Shown one piece after another: positions 1 to 9,587 of a DNA stretch of 42,478 nucleotides (position 1 is the stretch's first letter; the number at the start of each line of letters is the position of its first letter). Origin of the DNA: an uncultured archaeon (GTDB lineage Archaea; Iainarchaeota; Iainarchaeia; Iainarchaeales; JAAZKV01). Below the pieces are notes generated by a model. That model had not been told where the DNA came from, ran no database searches, and saw only the letters and a list, made by a program, of their open reading frames with translations. The position numbers and the translations under genes are program-made. Location: positions 1 through 42,478 of the forward strand of contig CAYODU010000002.1 of NCBI GenBank assembly GCA_964402905.1, in the 5' to 3' direction.

Positions 1-426
1 CCAAATTTTGGAGTAGAAAGAATGGGCGCCCCCGTGAGAAGTTATGCGCGAATTGACAAAACACAAATTAATTTGAGAGAACAAGTTTACTCTGCAGATT
101 ATGCATTGATACTCGATCCAACGCTTTTGACTGGACTTACTGAAGAAGTTTCGAATTTGATAATAGTTAATTCAAACAAAAAACCAAGCGAACTAAATAT
201 TAAAACAAAAGCAAAAGTAAAGTGTGTTGATATTACTAGTATTGCATTAAAAGTAATTGGAAAACCATTTGTAAATATTGCTTCTCTTGGCGCGTTTGCA
301 GCAATAACTGGTGAAATTTCTCTAAAAGGATTGGAAGAAGCAGTTCATGAAAAAATGGGTTCAAAGGGCCCAATAGTAGAAAAAAATATTAGTGCGATAA
401 AAGAAGTGTATGAAAAAGCAAAGTGA
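1..426 (+). CDS. porG: Pyruvate/2-oxoacid:ferredoxin oxidoreductase gamma subunit, 5'-truncated by window edge
   Basis: The frame is open from base 1 (PNFGVERMGAPVRSYARID...), matching the conserved FP.FG.ERRGAPV core of POR/VOR gamma subunits. So the gene starts upstream of the window, not at ATG 22. It is followed by delta, alpha and beta genes in canonical order. Confidence 0.85.
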   Translation, partial: PNFGVERMGAPVRSYARIDKTQINLREQVYSADYALILDPTLLTGLTEEVSNLIIVNSNKKPSELNIKTKAKVKCVDITSIALKVIGKPFVNIASLGAFAAITGEISLKGLEEAVHEKMGSKGPIVEKNISAIKEVYEKAK

Positions 427-431
427 TTTTT

Positions 432-713
432 ATGTCAGATAAAGAAAAATTAAAATTTAATAAGGGGGCAATTATTCATGAACCTGGTTCAACAAAAAAA
501 TATAAAACAGGCGAGTGGAGAACATTTAAACCGAGTATTGATAATGCAAAGTGTATTAAATGTGGAAAATGTTGGGCAAATTGTCCAGATGCAGCAATAA
601 TTCATAATAAGGATGGTAGCTTTGCAATTAATTATGAGTATTGCAAGGGTTGTCTTATTTGTGAAAAAGAGTGTCCTGTAAAAGCAATTAGTCATGTGCT
701 TGAGGAAAAATAA
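432..713 (+). CDS. porD: Pyruvate:ferredoxin oxidoreductase delta subunit (2x[4Fe-4S] ferredoxin-like)
   Basis: Two CxxCxxCxxxCP clusters (CIKCGKCWANCP, CKGCLICEKECP) in about 93 aa. ATG 432 lies 5 nt after a GTGAT Shine-Dalgarno-like element. The ORF-track start at 423 is a GTG overlapping the porG stop. Confidence 0.9.
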   Translation: MSDKEKLKFNKGAIIHEPGSTKKYKTGEWRTFKPSIDNAKCIKCGKCWANCPDAAIIHNKDGSFAINYEYCKGCLICEKECPVKAISHVLEEK

Positions 714-744
714 TTCAGAAAAAAAGATTTCGAAGGTTTTGTTT

Positions 745-1890
745 ATGGTAAAAAAAGTTGTTATTAGTGGAGCAGATGCGATTGCAGAAGCAGTTAAATT
801 GTGTAAACCAAAAGTTTTGCCGATGTATCCCATTACTCCAAGTACATTGATTCCAGAAAAATTAAGTGAATTTGTTTTTAATGGAGAAATGCAAGCAGAA
901 ATGATTCATGTGGAATCCGAACACAGCGCTGCTTCTGCATTATTTGGGGCATACGCTACGGGGGTACGCGCATTCACTGCTAGTGCAAGCAATGGAATAG
1001 CACTAATGCACGAATTAATACCAATTATTTCGTCTGCAAGATTTCCTGCGGTGATGGCTGTAACAAATAGGACGATAAGCGGGCCAATAAATATTTGGAA
1101 TGACCACAGTGACTCAATGAGCGAAAGAGACCAAGGCTGGATACAGTTTTATTGTGAATCAAGTCAAGAAGCTTTTGATACAACAATAATGGCTTATAAA
1201 ATAGCCGAAAAAGAAAATGTTTCTTTACCAGTAATGGTTTGTATAGATGGTTTCTCATTAAGCCATGTTTACGAACCAGTGCAGATAGAAGAACAAGAAA
1301 AAGTAGATTCTTTTTTGCCAGAATACAAACCAAAAGATTTTTTAGATACAAAAAAACCAAAGTCTTTCGGCCCAATCGCGTTTCCAAATAGTTTTTTTGA
1401 ATTCCATGAACAAGAACAATTGGCGATGCAACAAGCACTAAAAGAAATTCCGCTTGTGCACAAAGAATTTGAAAAAGAATTTGAAAGGAAATACGGGAAT
1501 GGTTTAATAGAATTAATAAAAATGAGTGACGCAAAATTTGTGATAATTGCGATGGGTACTGCGGTTGGTACTGCAAGAGTTGTTGTTGAAAAATTACGAA
1601 AAAAAGGAGAGAAAGTGGGTTTAATAAAACTAAAAACATTTAGGCCCTTTCCCGCAGAAGAAATAAAAAAAGCATTGAAAAATGTTAAAGCTCTTGGAGT
1701 GATTGATAGACACGCTTCTCTTGGAAGCGAAGGTGCGCTAACACTTGATGTAAAAGCAGCTTTGAAAGATGAGAAAGTAAAAGTAGAAGGATTTGTTGCG
1801 GGGTTAGGCGGAAGAGACATTAATTCGGAGAAAATAGAAAAGGTTTTTGAAACACTAAAAAAAGGCGGAAAGGGGTTTTGGTTGAAATAA
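745..1890 (+). CDS. porA: Pyruvate:ferredoxin oxidoreductase alpha subunit
   Basis: N-terminus MVKKVVISGADAIAEAVKLCKPKVLPMYPITPST is typical of POR alpha, and the gene sits between delta and beta. ATG 745 is preferred over track start 694 because it removes the overlap with porD and follows GAAGGT. Confidence 0.9.
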   Translation: MVKKVVISGADAIAEAVKLCKPKVLPMYPITPSTLIPEKLSEFVFNGEMQAEMIHVESEHSAASALFGAYATGVRAFTASASNGIALMHELIPIISSARFPAVMAVTNRTISGPINIWNDHSDSMSERDQGWIQFYCESSQEAFDTTIMAYKIAEKENVSLPVMVCIDGFSLSHVYEPVQIEEQEKVDSFLPEYKPKDFLDTKKPKSFGPIAFPNSFFEFHEQEQLAMQQALKEIPLVHKEFEKEFERKYGNGLIELIKMSDAKFVIIAMGTAVGTARVVVEKLRKKGEKVGLIKLKTFRPFPAEEIKKALKNVKALGVIDRHASLGSEGALTLDVKAALKDEKVKVEGFVAGLGGRDINSEKIEKVFETLKKGGKGFWLK

Positions 1891-1906
1891 TTTTTAGGAA
1901 AAGGAA

Positions 1907-2821
1907 ATGATTTTTATGGTAGTAATGAGTATAGACGAAAAAGAGCTTTTTGCAAGCGGGCACAGAGCTTGTGCTGGTTGTGGAGAATCCCTTGCAATAC
2001 GACACATAATGAAGGCAGCTGGAGAAAAAACAATTGTAGCACAGGCAACTGGTTGCATGGAAGTGGTTTCTTCGCCTTATCCCGAAACTTCTTGGGAAGT
2101 ACCTTGGATTCACTCGGCATTTGAAAATGTTTCGGCAGTAGCATCTGGAATAAGAGCTGCATTAAACATGAAGGGTGATAAAGAAACAAATGTAATTGCT
2201 ATTGGCGGAGACGGCGCAAGTTTTGATATTGGTTTTGGTTCCCTGAGTGGGGCACTTGAAAGAGGAACAAAATTTTTGTACATAGCAACAGACAATGAAG
2301 CTTACATGAATACCGGAATACAAAGAAGCGGAGCAACATTTCCATATGCAGCAACAACAACAAGTCCTGCTGGAAAAGTTATTCACGGAAAACAACAACC
2401 AAAAAAACCTTTACCATTTATTGTTGCTTCTCATGGAATAGAATATGTGGCAACAGCAAGTGTAGCAAATTTAATTGATTTAAAAAATAAGGTACAGAAA
2501 GCACTAAAGATAGAGGGACCTTCATTTTTACATGTTTTTGTTCCATGTGTTCCAGGATGGAAAATTGATTCTTCAATGACTATTGAGATAGCGCGAAAGG
2601 CAATTAACTCTTGGGCGGCGCCGTTATATGAAATAGAAAAAGGGACACTGAAACTAACACAAAAACCCCAGAAAATTCCTATAGAAGAATATCTAATGCT
2701 TCAAGGAAGATTTAAGCACGTTACCCCAAGTATTGCAGAAAAAATACAGATATATGTTGATGAGAGAAAAAAGTTTTTAGAAGAAAATGATGGCAAGAAA
2801 ATATTTGATGCACTATTCTAA
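1907..2821 (+). CDS. porB: Pyruvate:ferredoxin oxidoreductase beta subunit (TPP-binding)
   Basis: N-terminal Cys motif HRACAGCGE and the TPP-binding signature IAIGGDGASFDIGFGSL...NEAYMNTG. In-frame alternative ATGs at 1916 and 1925. Confidence 0.9.
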   Translation: MIFMVVMSIDEKELFASGHRACAGCGESLAIRHIMKAAGEKTIVAQATGCMEVVSSPYPETSWEVPWIHSAFENVSAVASGIRAALNMKGDKETNVIAIGGDGASFDIGFGSLSGALERGTKFLYIATDNEAYMNTGIQRSGATFPYAATTTSPAGKVIHGKQQPKKPLPFIVASHGIEYVATASVANLIDLKNKVQKALKIEGPSFLHVFVPCVPGWKIDSSMTIEIARKAINSWAAPLYEIEKGTLKLTQKPQKIPIEEYLMLQGRFKHVTPSIAEKIQIYVDERKKFLEENDGKKIFDALF

Positions 2822-2891
2822 GTTTTGATTAATTTAATTATTTGTTTGTTATTTTAATTTTTGCATATGGTTAACAAATTATACACTATTT

Positions 2892-3458
2892 CTAAAAATA
2901 ATTTTTGTGAATTATTTTTTCAAGTGGATTCTTTGAAACAATTATTTTTTCGTCTACAGAACGAATTTTTCTGTCATCAGAATCAACAAAAGAAGCGCTT
3001 TGCTTTGGGTAACCAAGAGCAATTAAAAGTAAACCATAGTGGCTGTTGGGGATGCCAAGCAAACGGTTTATTTGCCCCCAAGAAACACTTCCAAGGCAAC
3101 AAGAAGCAAGTCCTTCACTCTGTGCCAAAAGCAAAATATTTTCTATTGCAAGCCCCGCATCCATTTCAATATTCCTTGATTTTATTAGCGTGTTTGATAA
3201 AATAACAATGTAGGCTTTTGGTTCTTCTCCTCTTTCTGGACCCGAAGCAAAAGAATAATTTTTCCATTCTGTGCAATCAAATAATTTTAGAAGTAAATCT
3301 TCTCTATTAACAATAATATATTCAAGTGGCTGGAGATTCATTGCGCTTGGAGCAAGTCTTGCAGCTTCAATGAGCTCTTCGAGCAAGTCGGCAGAAACCC
3401 GTTTATTCAAAAACTTTCTGATACTCCTTCTATTTTTGATTGCCTCAAATGTCTCCAT
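2892..3458 (-). CDS. Nitroreductase family protein (FMN-dependent)
   Basis: N-terminal AIKNRRSIRKF plus LIEAARLAPSAMNLQP is the nitroreductase-fold signature; 188 aa. Confidence 0.8.
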   Translation of the reverse strand: METFEAIKNRRSIRKFLNKRVSADLLEELIEAARLAPSAMNLQPLEYIIVNREDLLLKLFDCTEWKNYSFASGPERGEEPKAYIVILSNTLIKSRNIEMDAGLAIENILLLAQSEGLASCCLGSVSWGQINRLLGIPNSHYGLLLIALGYPKQSASFVDSDDRKIRSVDEKIIVSKNPLEKIIHKNYF

Positions 3459-3524
3459 TACTTATCATCAGTTCGATTATTATTTATGCATATGTAATTT
3501 TTCTATAAAAAGGGTATATTTTTA

Positions 3525-4169
3525 ATGACTCTTTTAAGAAAATATTTTGGTGTTAAATTGAAGGTTTTTTTGTTAAGACATGGAGAAACAACTGGGGACA
3601 TTGAAGACCGTTACGGCGGGGATTACGATGACCACTTAACAGAAAATGGAAGAGAAGAATCTGCAGAATTAGCTAAACGACTTGAAAACAAGAATATACA
3701 AAAGTTTTTTGTTAGCCCAAGAATAAGAGCAATTGAAACATCTTTAATAATTGCAAAAAGTGTTCCTGGAAAATATATTACGCTAAGCGAGATTCGTGAA
3801 AGAAATTCTTATGGCGTTTTAACAGGATTAACAAAAAAAGAAGCGCAAAAAAAGTTTGAAGAAGAAGTTGAAGAAATTGAATCAAATAACCCTTATCACA
3901 AATTAGCTAATGCAGAAGATTACTTTGATTTTGCAGAGCGAGTGCTGGGAGCATTCAATAAAACTGTTGAAGAAGAATTTGAAAACAATACTGAAGCAAT
4001 TGCATTTATTACTCATGGTGGGCCTATAACAGCAATTTTTAGAGAAATTTTGGGTTTTGAGTTAAAAGGGATAAAAGACTGTGCTCTTTTTGAACTAGAA
4101 TATGATGGCGATGGATTTGAAATTATTTATGCCCACGATGTAAAATCAATTGAAGCTGGGTTAATCTAA
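3525..4169 (+). CDS. Histidine phosphatase family protein (phosphoglycerate mutase-like)
   Basis: Catalytic RHG motif (FLLRHGETTGD) and distal ITHGGPI. Alternative start at TTG 3558 (MKVFLLRHGET) has a GGTG 6 nt upstream and fits better with the TATA-like ctataaaaag at 3503-3512. Confidence 0.8.
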   Translation: MTLLRKYFGVKLKVFLLRHGETTGDIEDRYGGDYDDHLTENGREESAELAKRLENKNIQKFFVSPRIRAIETSLIIAKSVPGKYITLSEIRERNSYGVLTGLTKKEAQKKFEEEVEEIESNNPYHKLANAEDYFDFAERVLGAFNKTVEEEFENNTEAIAFITHGGPITAIFREILGFELKGIKDCALFELEYDGDGFEIIYAHDVKSIEAGLI

Positions 4170-4188
4170 AAAATATAGAAAAGCTTTT

Positions 4189-4956
4189 TCATTTTAATAA
4201 TCTTTGTACTCTTTCAAAAGGCAAACCGCTTTTTTCGCAAAGAGAAATTATTTTTTCTTTGTTTCCTTTTAGTCCTTTCCAATCAATAACAATCATTTCT
4301 GCTTTTGTGTAATCAATCATTTGTGCAAGCGTATCCTCATTTAAATTATCTAAATTGTAGTGGGGGCAGATGTGCCCGAAAGAAAATTCTTTTCGTAAAA
4401 CAAGCTTGGTAAAATCCGGGGCATAGTGGCCTCCGCCTAAACCTATACAAATTTTGTCATTATTTTCTTTCAAAGTAGTTTCAACAACATTTTCTGCAAC
4501 CATTCTTGCGTACTCTCTGTTGTTCCATTCTTTTAGCGAGCTCCCAAGTTCAATAAAGCAAACATTTTTCCCTTCAACGAAAGGGCCATGGTGGGTTACT
4601 TCTAAACAAACACTGAAGTGAGCGTGTCCGCGCTTTGCTTCTTTTTCAAACCAGCGCACGTAATTGCTTTGAATTTTTGGAAGAGAACCTACAAGCTTTT
4701 TTGGTGTTCCGCCATAATCGGCGTTCCCAAAGTTACCGATGCTATGCGAAGTTAAAGAAGTTGTTCCTGCAACGCTTTGGTGTTTGGAAACAACAATAAT
4801 TTTTTGTTCTGCGACTTTTTCAAGTTGGAGAGCGATAGTGTCAATATCAAATTCGTAATAATTTGCCCATTTTGGCAAACCAATTTCTTTGAGTGCTTGG
4901 GCAATAGAAACACTCGCCTCATCTTTTAGAGCGCAAACAATTGCAATTTTTTCCAT
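4189..4956 (-). CDS. dtdA: D-aminoacyl-tRNA deacylase, archaeal type (DTD2)
   Basis: 255 aa with segments I associate with the archaeal tRNA_deacylase family (VVSKHQS, LTSHSIGNF, LEVTHHGP, FIELGSS..EW). Confidence 0.75.
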   Translation of the reverse strand: MEKIAIVCALKDEASVSIAQALKEIGLPKWANYYEFDIDTIALQLEKVAEQKIIVVSKHQSVAGTTSLTSHSIGNFGNADYGGTPKKLVGSLPKIQSNYVRWFEKEAKRGHAHFSVCLEVTHHGPFVEGKNVCFIELGSSLKEWNNREYARMVAENVVETTLKENNDKICIGLGGGHYAPDFTKLVLRKEFSFGHICPHYNLDNLNEDTLAQMIDYTKAEMIVIDWKGLKGNKEKIISLCEKSGLPFERVQRLLK

Positions 4957-5015
4957 AACAATTATAACAAAATATAAGTTTAAAATACTCTTTTTTTAGT
5001 AGAGTTACAACAGTT

Positions 5016-6041
5016 TTATTTCACAGAAATTTCACTTATTATTCTTTCTAAACGAACTATAGTCTCTTTTTTTTCTTTTTTCATTTGATACTTTTCAAGA
5101 AACTTTTTATGGCGTGACCGGATTTCTTTTGCTGAAGCTTCTCTTATTTTTTTATCATTAACAATTCCTTTTTTCACCATATTTATCCCCATGTCGGTTG
5201 GTGAAAAGTAACTTTGCATAAAGTTTTTTTTACTTGTTATTTTTAAAATAATTTTTTTCAAAACAGGGAAAGCATTTATATCGCGATTATAGTTTATTGC
5301 AATTTTTCCATATGTTTTTTTATAAAAAGGATCAATCATTACCTTGTCTTTTATATCAGCTGTAGCGGCTTCATACGCCAGATTAACTTCATGTGTTATT
5401 GGGAGATTCCACACTGGAAAAGTTTCTATTTTTGCATAGCCCGCATCTATACCATTTTTCTCCAAGTGATAAATCTGGCTCAGGCAAAAAAACATTTTTC
5501 CACTGTCGGCGCCAATTCCCGTGACAACAATCATTTTCTTTTTTGTTTTTAAAAAAGTTTGTGAAGCAAAACCATTTTTTCCAAAAACGTTCTCTAATTT
5601 CTTTGGATAACCGCTTATTGTTTTTGTTGTAAGAACCTTGATACCTTTTTCTTCAAGCTTTTTTTTGAATTTAACTGATTTTTTTTGCTTGTTTGTGTAC
5701 ATGCCTAAGACAACACATAAAAAATCAAGCCCCTTTTCTTTTAATTTTTTTATTTCATATAAAGCAATTTCTTCAATCTTTTTTTTGCTTGTGCCCCAGG
5801 TATTGTTCTTGTTAAGTTCTTTTGAGTTAATGCAGTAAACAAAAGCAGTTTCTTTGAATCTTTTTATCATTTGTAATTTATTATCTTTTTTGTACCCGGG
5901 CAAAACTCTTGCTGCATGCTCATCTACAAGTAAGTGCCCGCCGATTTCAATGTAAAGTACATCAAATTTGTTTCTTCTTTTTTGTAGTTCTGTTATTTCT
6001 GCGTTAAAGTATTCTTTATTATTAAAAGCGTTCTGAGGCAT
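5016..6041 (-). CDS. DUF1846 (UPF0371) family protein, short form
   Basis: LYIEIGGHLLVDEHAARVLPGY, GADSGKMFFCLSQIYH, AGYAKIETFPVWNLP, NLAYEAATADI, INYNRDINAFP and SPTDMGINM follow the DUF1846 consensus as I remember it. At 341 aa it is well below the ~500 aa I recall for the family. Confidence 0.7.
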   Translation of the reverse strand: MPQNAFNNKEYFNAEITELQKRRNKFDVLYIEIGGHLLVDEHAARVLPGYKKDNKLQMIKRFKETAFVYCINSKELNKNNTWGTSKKKIEEIALYEIKKLKEKGLDFLCVVLGMYTNKQKKSVKFKKKLEEKGIKVLTTKTISGYPKKLENVFGKNGFASQTFLKTKKKMIVVTGIGADSGKMFFCLSQIYHLEKNGIDAGYAKIETFPVWNLPITHEVNLAYEAATADIKDKVMIDPFYKKTYGKIAINYNRDINAFPVLKKIILKITSKKNFMQSYFSPTDMGINMVKKGIVNDKKIREASAKEIRSRHKKFLEKYQMKKEKKETIVRLERIISEISVK

Positions 6042-6152
6042 CTTATCATTTAGATTAAGTTAAAGTAATTAATAAGACTTTTACTGTTATTTTGTCTAAT
6101 TTATAATTAGTTTTTTAAGGTTTATCAAGCCAATTTTAACTGAGGTGTTTTA

Positions 6153-6305
6153 ATGGTAGTAGAATACGGTGAATTCAAAGGAAACAAACTAATAATTTTG
6201 AAGAGAAACGAAGCAGATAACTTTCCATTCCAGTTTGGAAAAGGAAAAGCAAAGTTAATAGTTGAGAACTTTGATGCAATAAAGACTTTTGCTGAAGAAG
6301 AATAA
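6153..6305 (+). CDS. Small hypothetical protein (50 aa), below the ORF-track cutoff
   Basis: ATG 6153 preceded by TGAGGTG (strong anti-16S match) at 6 nt spacing. Product: MVVEYGEFKGNKLIILKRNEADNFPFQFGKGKAKLIVENFDAIKTFAEEE. Followed by oligo-T tracts. It sits alone in a 396-nt spacer. Confidence 0.5.
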   Translation: MVVEYGEFKGNKLIILKRNEADNFPFQFGKGKAKLIVENFDAIKTFAEEE

Positions 6306-6437
6306 ACTTTTTTGTTTTGCTTACATATTTTTTGCTTTTATTTTTAGGCAGTGTGTATACAGAAACGTTTGTTCTTTTTTCTTTAGTTATTGATTTTCTT
6401 AGTTAAGTATTTATATTGAAAAGCATTTATTCTTGCC

Positions 6438-8465
6438 ATGGTACTAACTAATCTTTTTAATCCTAAAGTAGTTGCTGTTATAGGGGCATCAAACACGCCC
6501 GGAAAAGTAGGTTATGCTATAATAAAAAATCTCATGGAAGCTGATTTCTCGGGAGAAATAATCCCAATTAATATTAAAGAAAAAAAAGTTCAGGGGATAA
6601 CTGCTTATCCATCCGTACTAAAAGTAAAAAAAACGATTGATACTGCGATAATAGTTGTTCCTGCAAAAGTTGTTGTACCAGTGATGCAGGAGTGTGCTAA
6701 AAAGAAAATTAAGAATGCTGTTATAATAACTGCCGGTTTTTCTGAAACGGGGGAAGAAGGAAAAAAAATTGAAGAAGAAATAAGAAAAATAGTTGAGAAA
6801 CACAAAATGCACGTTGTTGGGCCCAACACGCTTGGGATAATCAATACTGAGAACGGTTTTAATGCTTCTTTTTCATCTACTTTCCCGAGTCAAGGTAATA
6901 TTGCGGTTGTTTCTCAGAGTGGCGCCCTTTGCACAGCAATACTTGACTGGGCGAGACAAGAAAAAATTGGTTTTAGTAAATTCATTAGCACCGGAAACAA
7001 ATCTTTTATGAGTGAGTGCACTTACTTTTCTTTTCTTGAAAAAGATACTCGGACAAAAGCAGTTCTTGTATATATGGAATCAGTAAGAAATAATGAATTG
7101 TTTTTGCATGCTGCTGCAAAGCTTGCTAGAAAAAAAACAGTTGTTTTGCTTAAATCGGGCAGATCTCCTGCAGGACAAAAAGCTGCTTCTTCTCACACTG
7201 GGGCTCTTAGTGTTGATGATAATATTTTTTCTGTAGCTTGTGATAAAGCAAATGTTATAAGAGTTAATTCAATAGAAGGATTTTTTGATATGGCAAGATT
7301 GTTATCAAAAATAAAAAAGCTTGATGGTTTAAATTTAGCTGTTGTTACTAATGCGGGTGGTCCAGGAGTAATAGTTGCAGACTCTGCATCCGTACACAAT
7401 TTTCCTTTACCTGAATTCAGCAAAAAAACTTTGGATACAGTAAAAGAAATTAATCCACATGCATCTAATCCGCTTGATCTTATTGGAGATGCTCAGCCGA
7501 TTGATTATAGGACTGCACTAAAAGTTCTTCAAAATGATCCAAAGATTGATTTTGTATACACTTTGCTTACTCCACAGAGTATGACTGATCCAGACAGAGT
7601 GGCCGATATAATTGTTGAACTTAACACGAAGAAACCAATTATTTGTTCTTTTATTGGAGGAACAAGCGTAAGCCATGCAAGGCGTTACATGCGAGAGAAT
7701 GGGGTTTCAGAATTCGAGACTCCTGAAAGAGGCATAAAGGCTCTTTCAAAACTTAAAAATTATTTTGAACGAAAAGCAGTTAAAAAAATCTTTGAGCAGA
7801 AAACAAATCCTCTCCCAGAAACACAAAAAGTTATTGCAGAAAAAAGTTTGTTATCTATGCCCGAAACATTTAACATATTAAAAGAATTTAACATCCCTTT
7901 TTGCAAAACAGTTTTTATTTCAAAAAAAGAGGATATAGAAAAAATTGAAATTAATTTTCCAGTTGCATTAAAGGCTGCTGGGGGAATTCCACATAAAACG
8001 GATCTTGGTTTAGTCAAAGCAAATATTACAAATAAAGATGAACTTGCTAAGACTGCTGAAAAAATGTTTGCAAAGCTTTCTGAAATAAAAAAGCCAGTGC
8101 TTTTGGCAGTGCAAGAAATGGTTGTTGGGCAGGAAGTACTTGTCTCAAGTATTACAAATGAGTTTGGAAAAATAATTACTTACGGACTTGGGGGGATATT
8201 TGTTGAGATAATGAAGGATGTTTCGCAAAAAATTGCTCCAATAAATGATTCAGATATTGAGGAAATGCTTAGGGAAGTAAAGGGAACAAAAGTGCTTCTG
8301 GGCGCGAGAACAAAAAAGAAGTATGATTTAGAATCATTAACAAAAATAATAAAACAAGTTTCTTTGCTTGCATTAACTTATCCTGAACTCAAAGAAATTG
8401 AGCTCAATCCGGTGATAGTAACTGAGAACGGCGCCTTTGCAATAGACGCAATAATGGTGAAATAA
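6438..8465 (+). CDS. acd: Acetate--CoA ligase (ADP-forming), fused alpha-beta
   Basis: N-terminal CoA-binding motif VAVIGASNTPGKVGYAI, a succinyl-CoA-synthetase-like middle part (VSQSGAL, phosphohistidine-type SSHTGAL) and a C-terminal ATG-grasp domain; 675 aa. Confidence 0.9.
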   Translation: MVLTNLFNPKVVAVIGASNTPGKVGYAIIKNLMEADFSGEIIPINIKEKKVQGITAYPSVLKVKKTIDTAIIVVPAKVVVPVMQECAKKKIKNAVIITAGFSETGEEGKKIEEEIRKIVEKHKMHVVGPNTLGIINTENGFNASFSSTFPSQGNIAVVSQSGALCTAILDWARQEKIGFSKFISTGNKSFMSECTYFSFLEKDTRTKAVLVYMESVRNNELFLHAAAKLARKKTVVLLKSGRSPAGQKAASSHTGALSVDDNIFSVACDKANVIRVNSIEGFFDMARLLSKIKKLDGLNLAVVTNAGGPGVIVADSASVHNFPLPEFSKKTLDTVKEINPHASNPLDLIGDAQPIDYRTALKVLQNDPKIDFVYTLLTPQSMTDPDRVADIIVELNTKKPIICSFIGGTSVSHARRYMRENGVSEFETPERGIKALSKLKNYFERKAVKKIFEQKTNPLPETQKVIAEKSLLSMPETFNILKEFNIPFCKTVFISKKEDIEKIEINFPVALKAAGGIPHKTDLGLVKANITNKDELAKTAEKMFAKLSEIKKPVLLAVQEMVVGQEVLVSSITNEFGKIITYGLGGIFVEIMKDVSQKIAPINDSDIEEMLREVKGTKVLLGARTKKKYDLESLTKIIKQVSLLALTYPELKEIELNPVIVTENGAFAIDAIMVK

Positions 8466-8570
8466 AACTATTTCCATTTAACAAATTTTGTAATAAATTT
8501 AAAAAACACTATTTATAGGACACTTTTGTGTGGGTTCCCGCTTTTAAATTTTTTTAGGTAAAAACTCTAT

Positions 8571-9521
8571 ATGAAAAAAATAGGTTCTTTAAAAGTTGAG
8601 AATGGTGCATTTCTTGCGCCCATGGCTGATTATACAAATGTTGCTTTTCGAACCCTTTGTAGAGAATATGGCTCAGTGTTAAATTATACTGAATTAATTT
8701 CCTGTAAATCAATTATTTATAAGAATTCAAAAACGATTAAAATGCTAAAAGTAAGTGAAAAAGAAAAACCGGTTTTTTTACAACTTTTTGGTTCTGAAGC
8801 AAATGATTTCGAAAAAGCTATTGAAATTGTGGAACAAAAGTTTCCAAATAATTTTGCAGGGTATGATCTTAATTGTGGTTGTGCTGTACCAAAAGCACTG
8901 AAAGGAAAATATGGCGTTTATTTAATGGATCATCCAAAGCTTGTTGGAAAAATAATTGCTTCAATGAAAAAGTCAACAAAAAAACCAGTCACAATAAAAA
9001 TGCGCACGGGGCGCGAAAAGGAAAATTTTTTAGCGGTGGCAAAAGAAGCAGAAAAAAATGGTGTCGATGCAATTTGTCTTCATGCGCGCCTTGGTTCACA
9101 AGGTTATTCCGGAAAATCGGATTGGGATAAAATAAAGAAAATAAAAAAAGCAGTGGGTGTTCCAATTATTGGAAATGGGGATGTTGAATCAGTTTTGGAT
9201 TATGAAAGAATGATTAAAGAGACTGCTTGTGACTTTGTAATGGTTGGCAGGGCATCAATTGGAAATGCTTTTCTCTTTAAGCAGATAACACAATTTGTTC
9301 ACGGAAAAAAGATTTCTGGGAGAACAAAAAAAGATTTTTTTGCTGAAGGAAAAAGATATTTTGAATTAGCACAAGAATTTTCTTTGGGTGTGAATGATTT
9401 GAGGGCTTATTTTATAGGTTTTGCAACTGGTTTTATTGGAGCAAAACAAATGCGTAATGAATTTGCTTTATCAAAATCAATAACTGAAATGGAAAAAGTT
9501 TTTGAAAAACATTTTTCTTAG
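8571..9521 (+). CDS. dus: tRNA-dihydrouridine synthase
   Basis: LAPMADYTNVAFRTLCREYG, DLNCGCAVPK (catalytic Cys region), ICLHARL and IIGNGDV are Dus-family TIM-barrel motifs. Confidence 0.9.
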   Translation: MKKIGSLKVENGAFLAPMADYTNVAFRTLCREYGSVLNYTELISCKSIIYKNSKTIKMLKVSEKEKPVFLQLFGSEANDFEKAIEIVEQKFPNNFAGYDLNCGCAVPKALKGKYGVYLMDHPKLVGKIIASMKKSTKKPVTIKMRTGREKENFLAVAKEAEKNGVDAICLHARLGSQGYSGKSDWDKIKKIKKAVGVPIIGNGDVESVLDYERMIKETACDFVMVGRASIGNAFLFKQITQFVHGKKISGRTKKDFFAEGKRYFELAQEFSLGVNDLRAYFIGFATGFIGAKQMRNEFALSKSITEMEKVFEKHFS

Positions 9522-9587
9522 TAGAGTGTTTTTTAAAACTGTAATGAAATTTTTATTTTTCTTAAATTCTTTTTCTATTTTTTCAGT

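Noticed and set aside
489-2398. Antisense ORFs over the por genes (489..833, 1025..1639, 1269..1820, 1820..2113, 1914..2189, 2110..2295, 2162..2398)
   Set aside because: They lie opposite confidently identified POR subunits. Their products are low-complexity Phe/Leu/Ser/Cys-rich strings with no motifs or SD sites. Such shadow ORFs are typical of AT-rich coding DNA.
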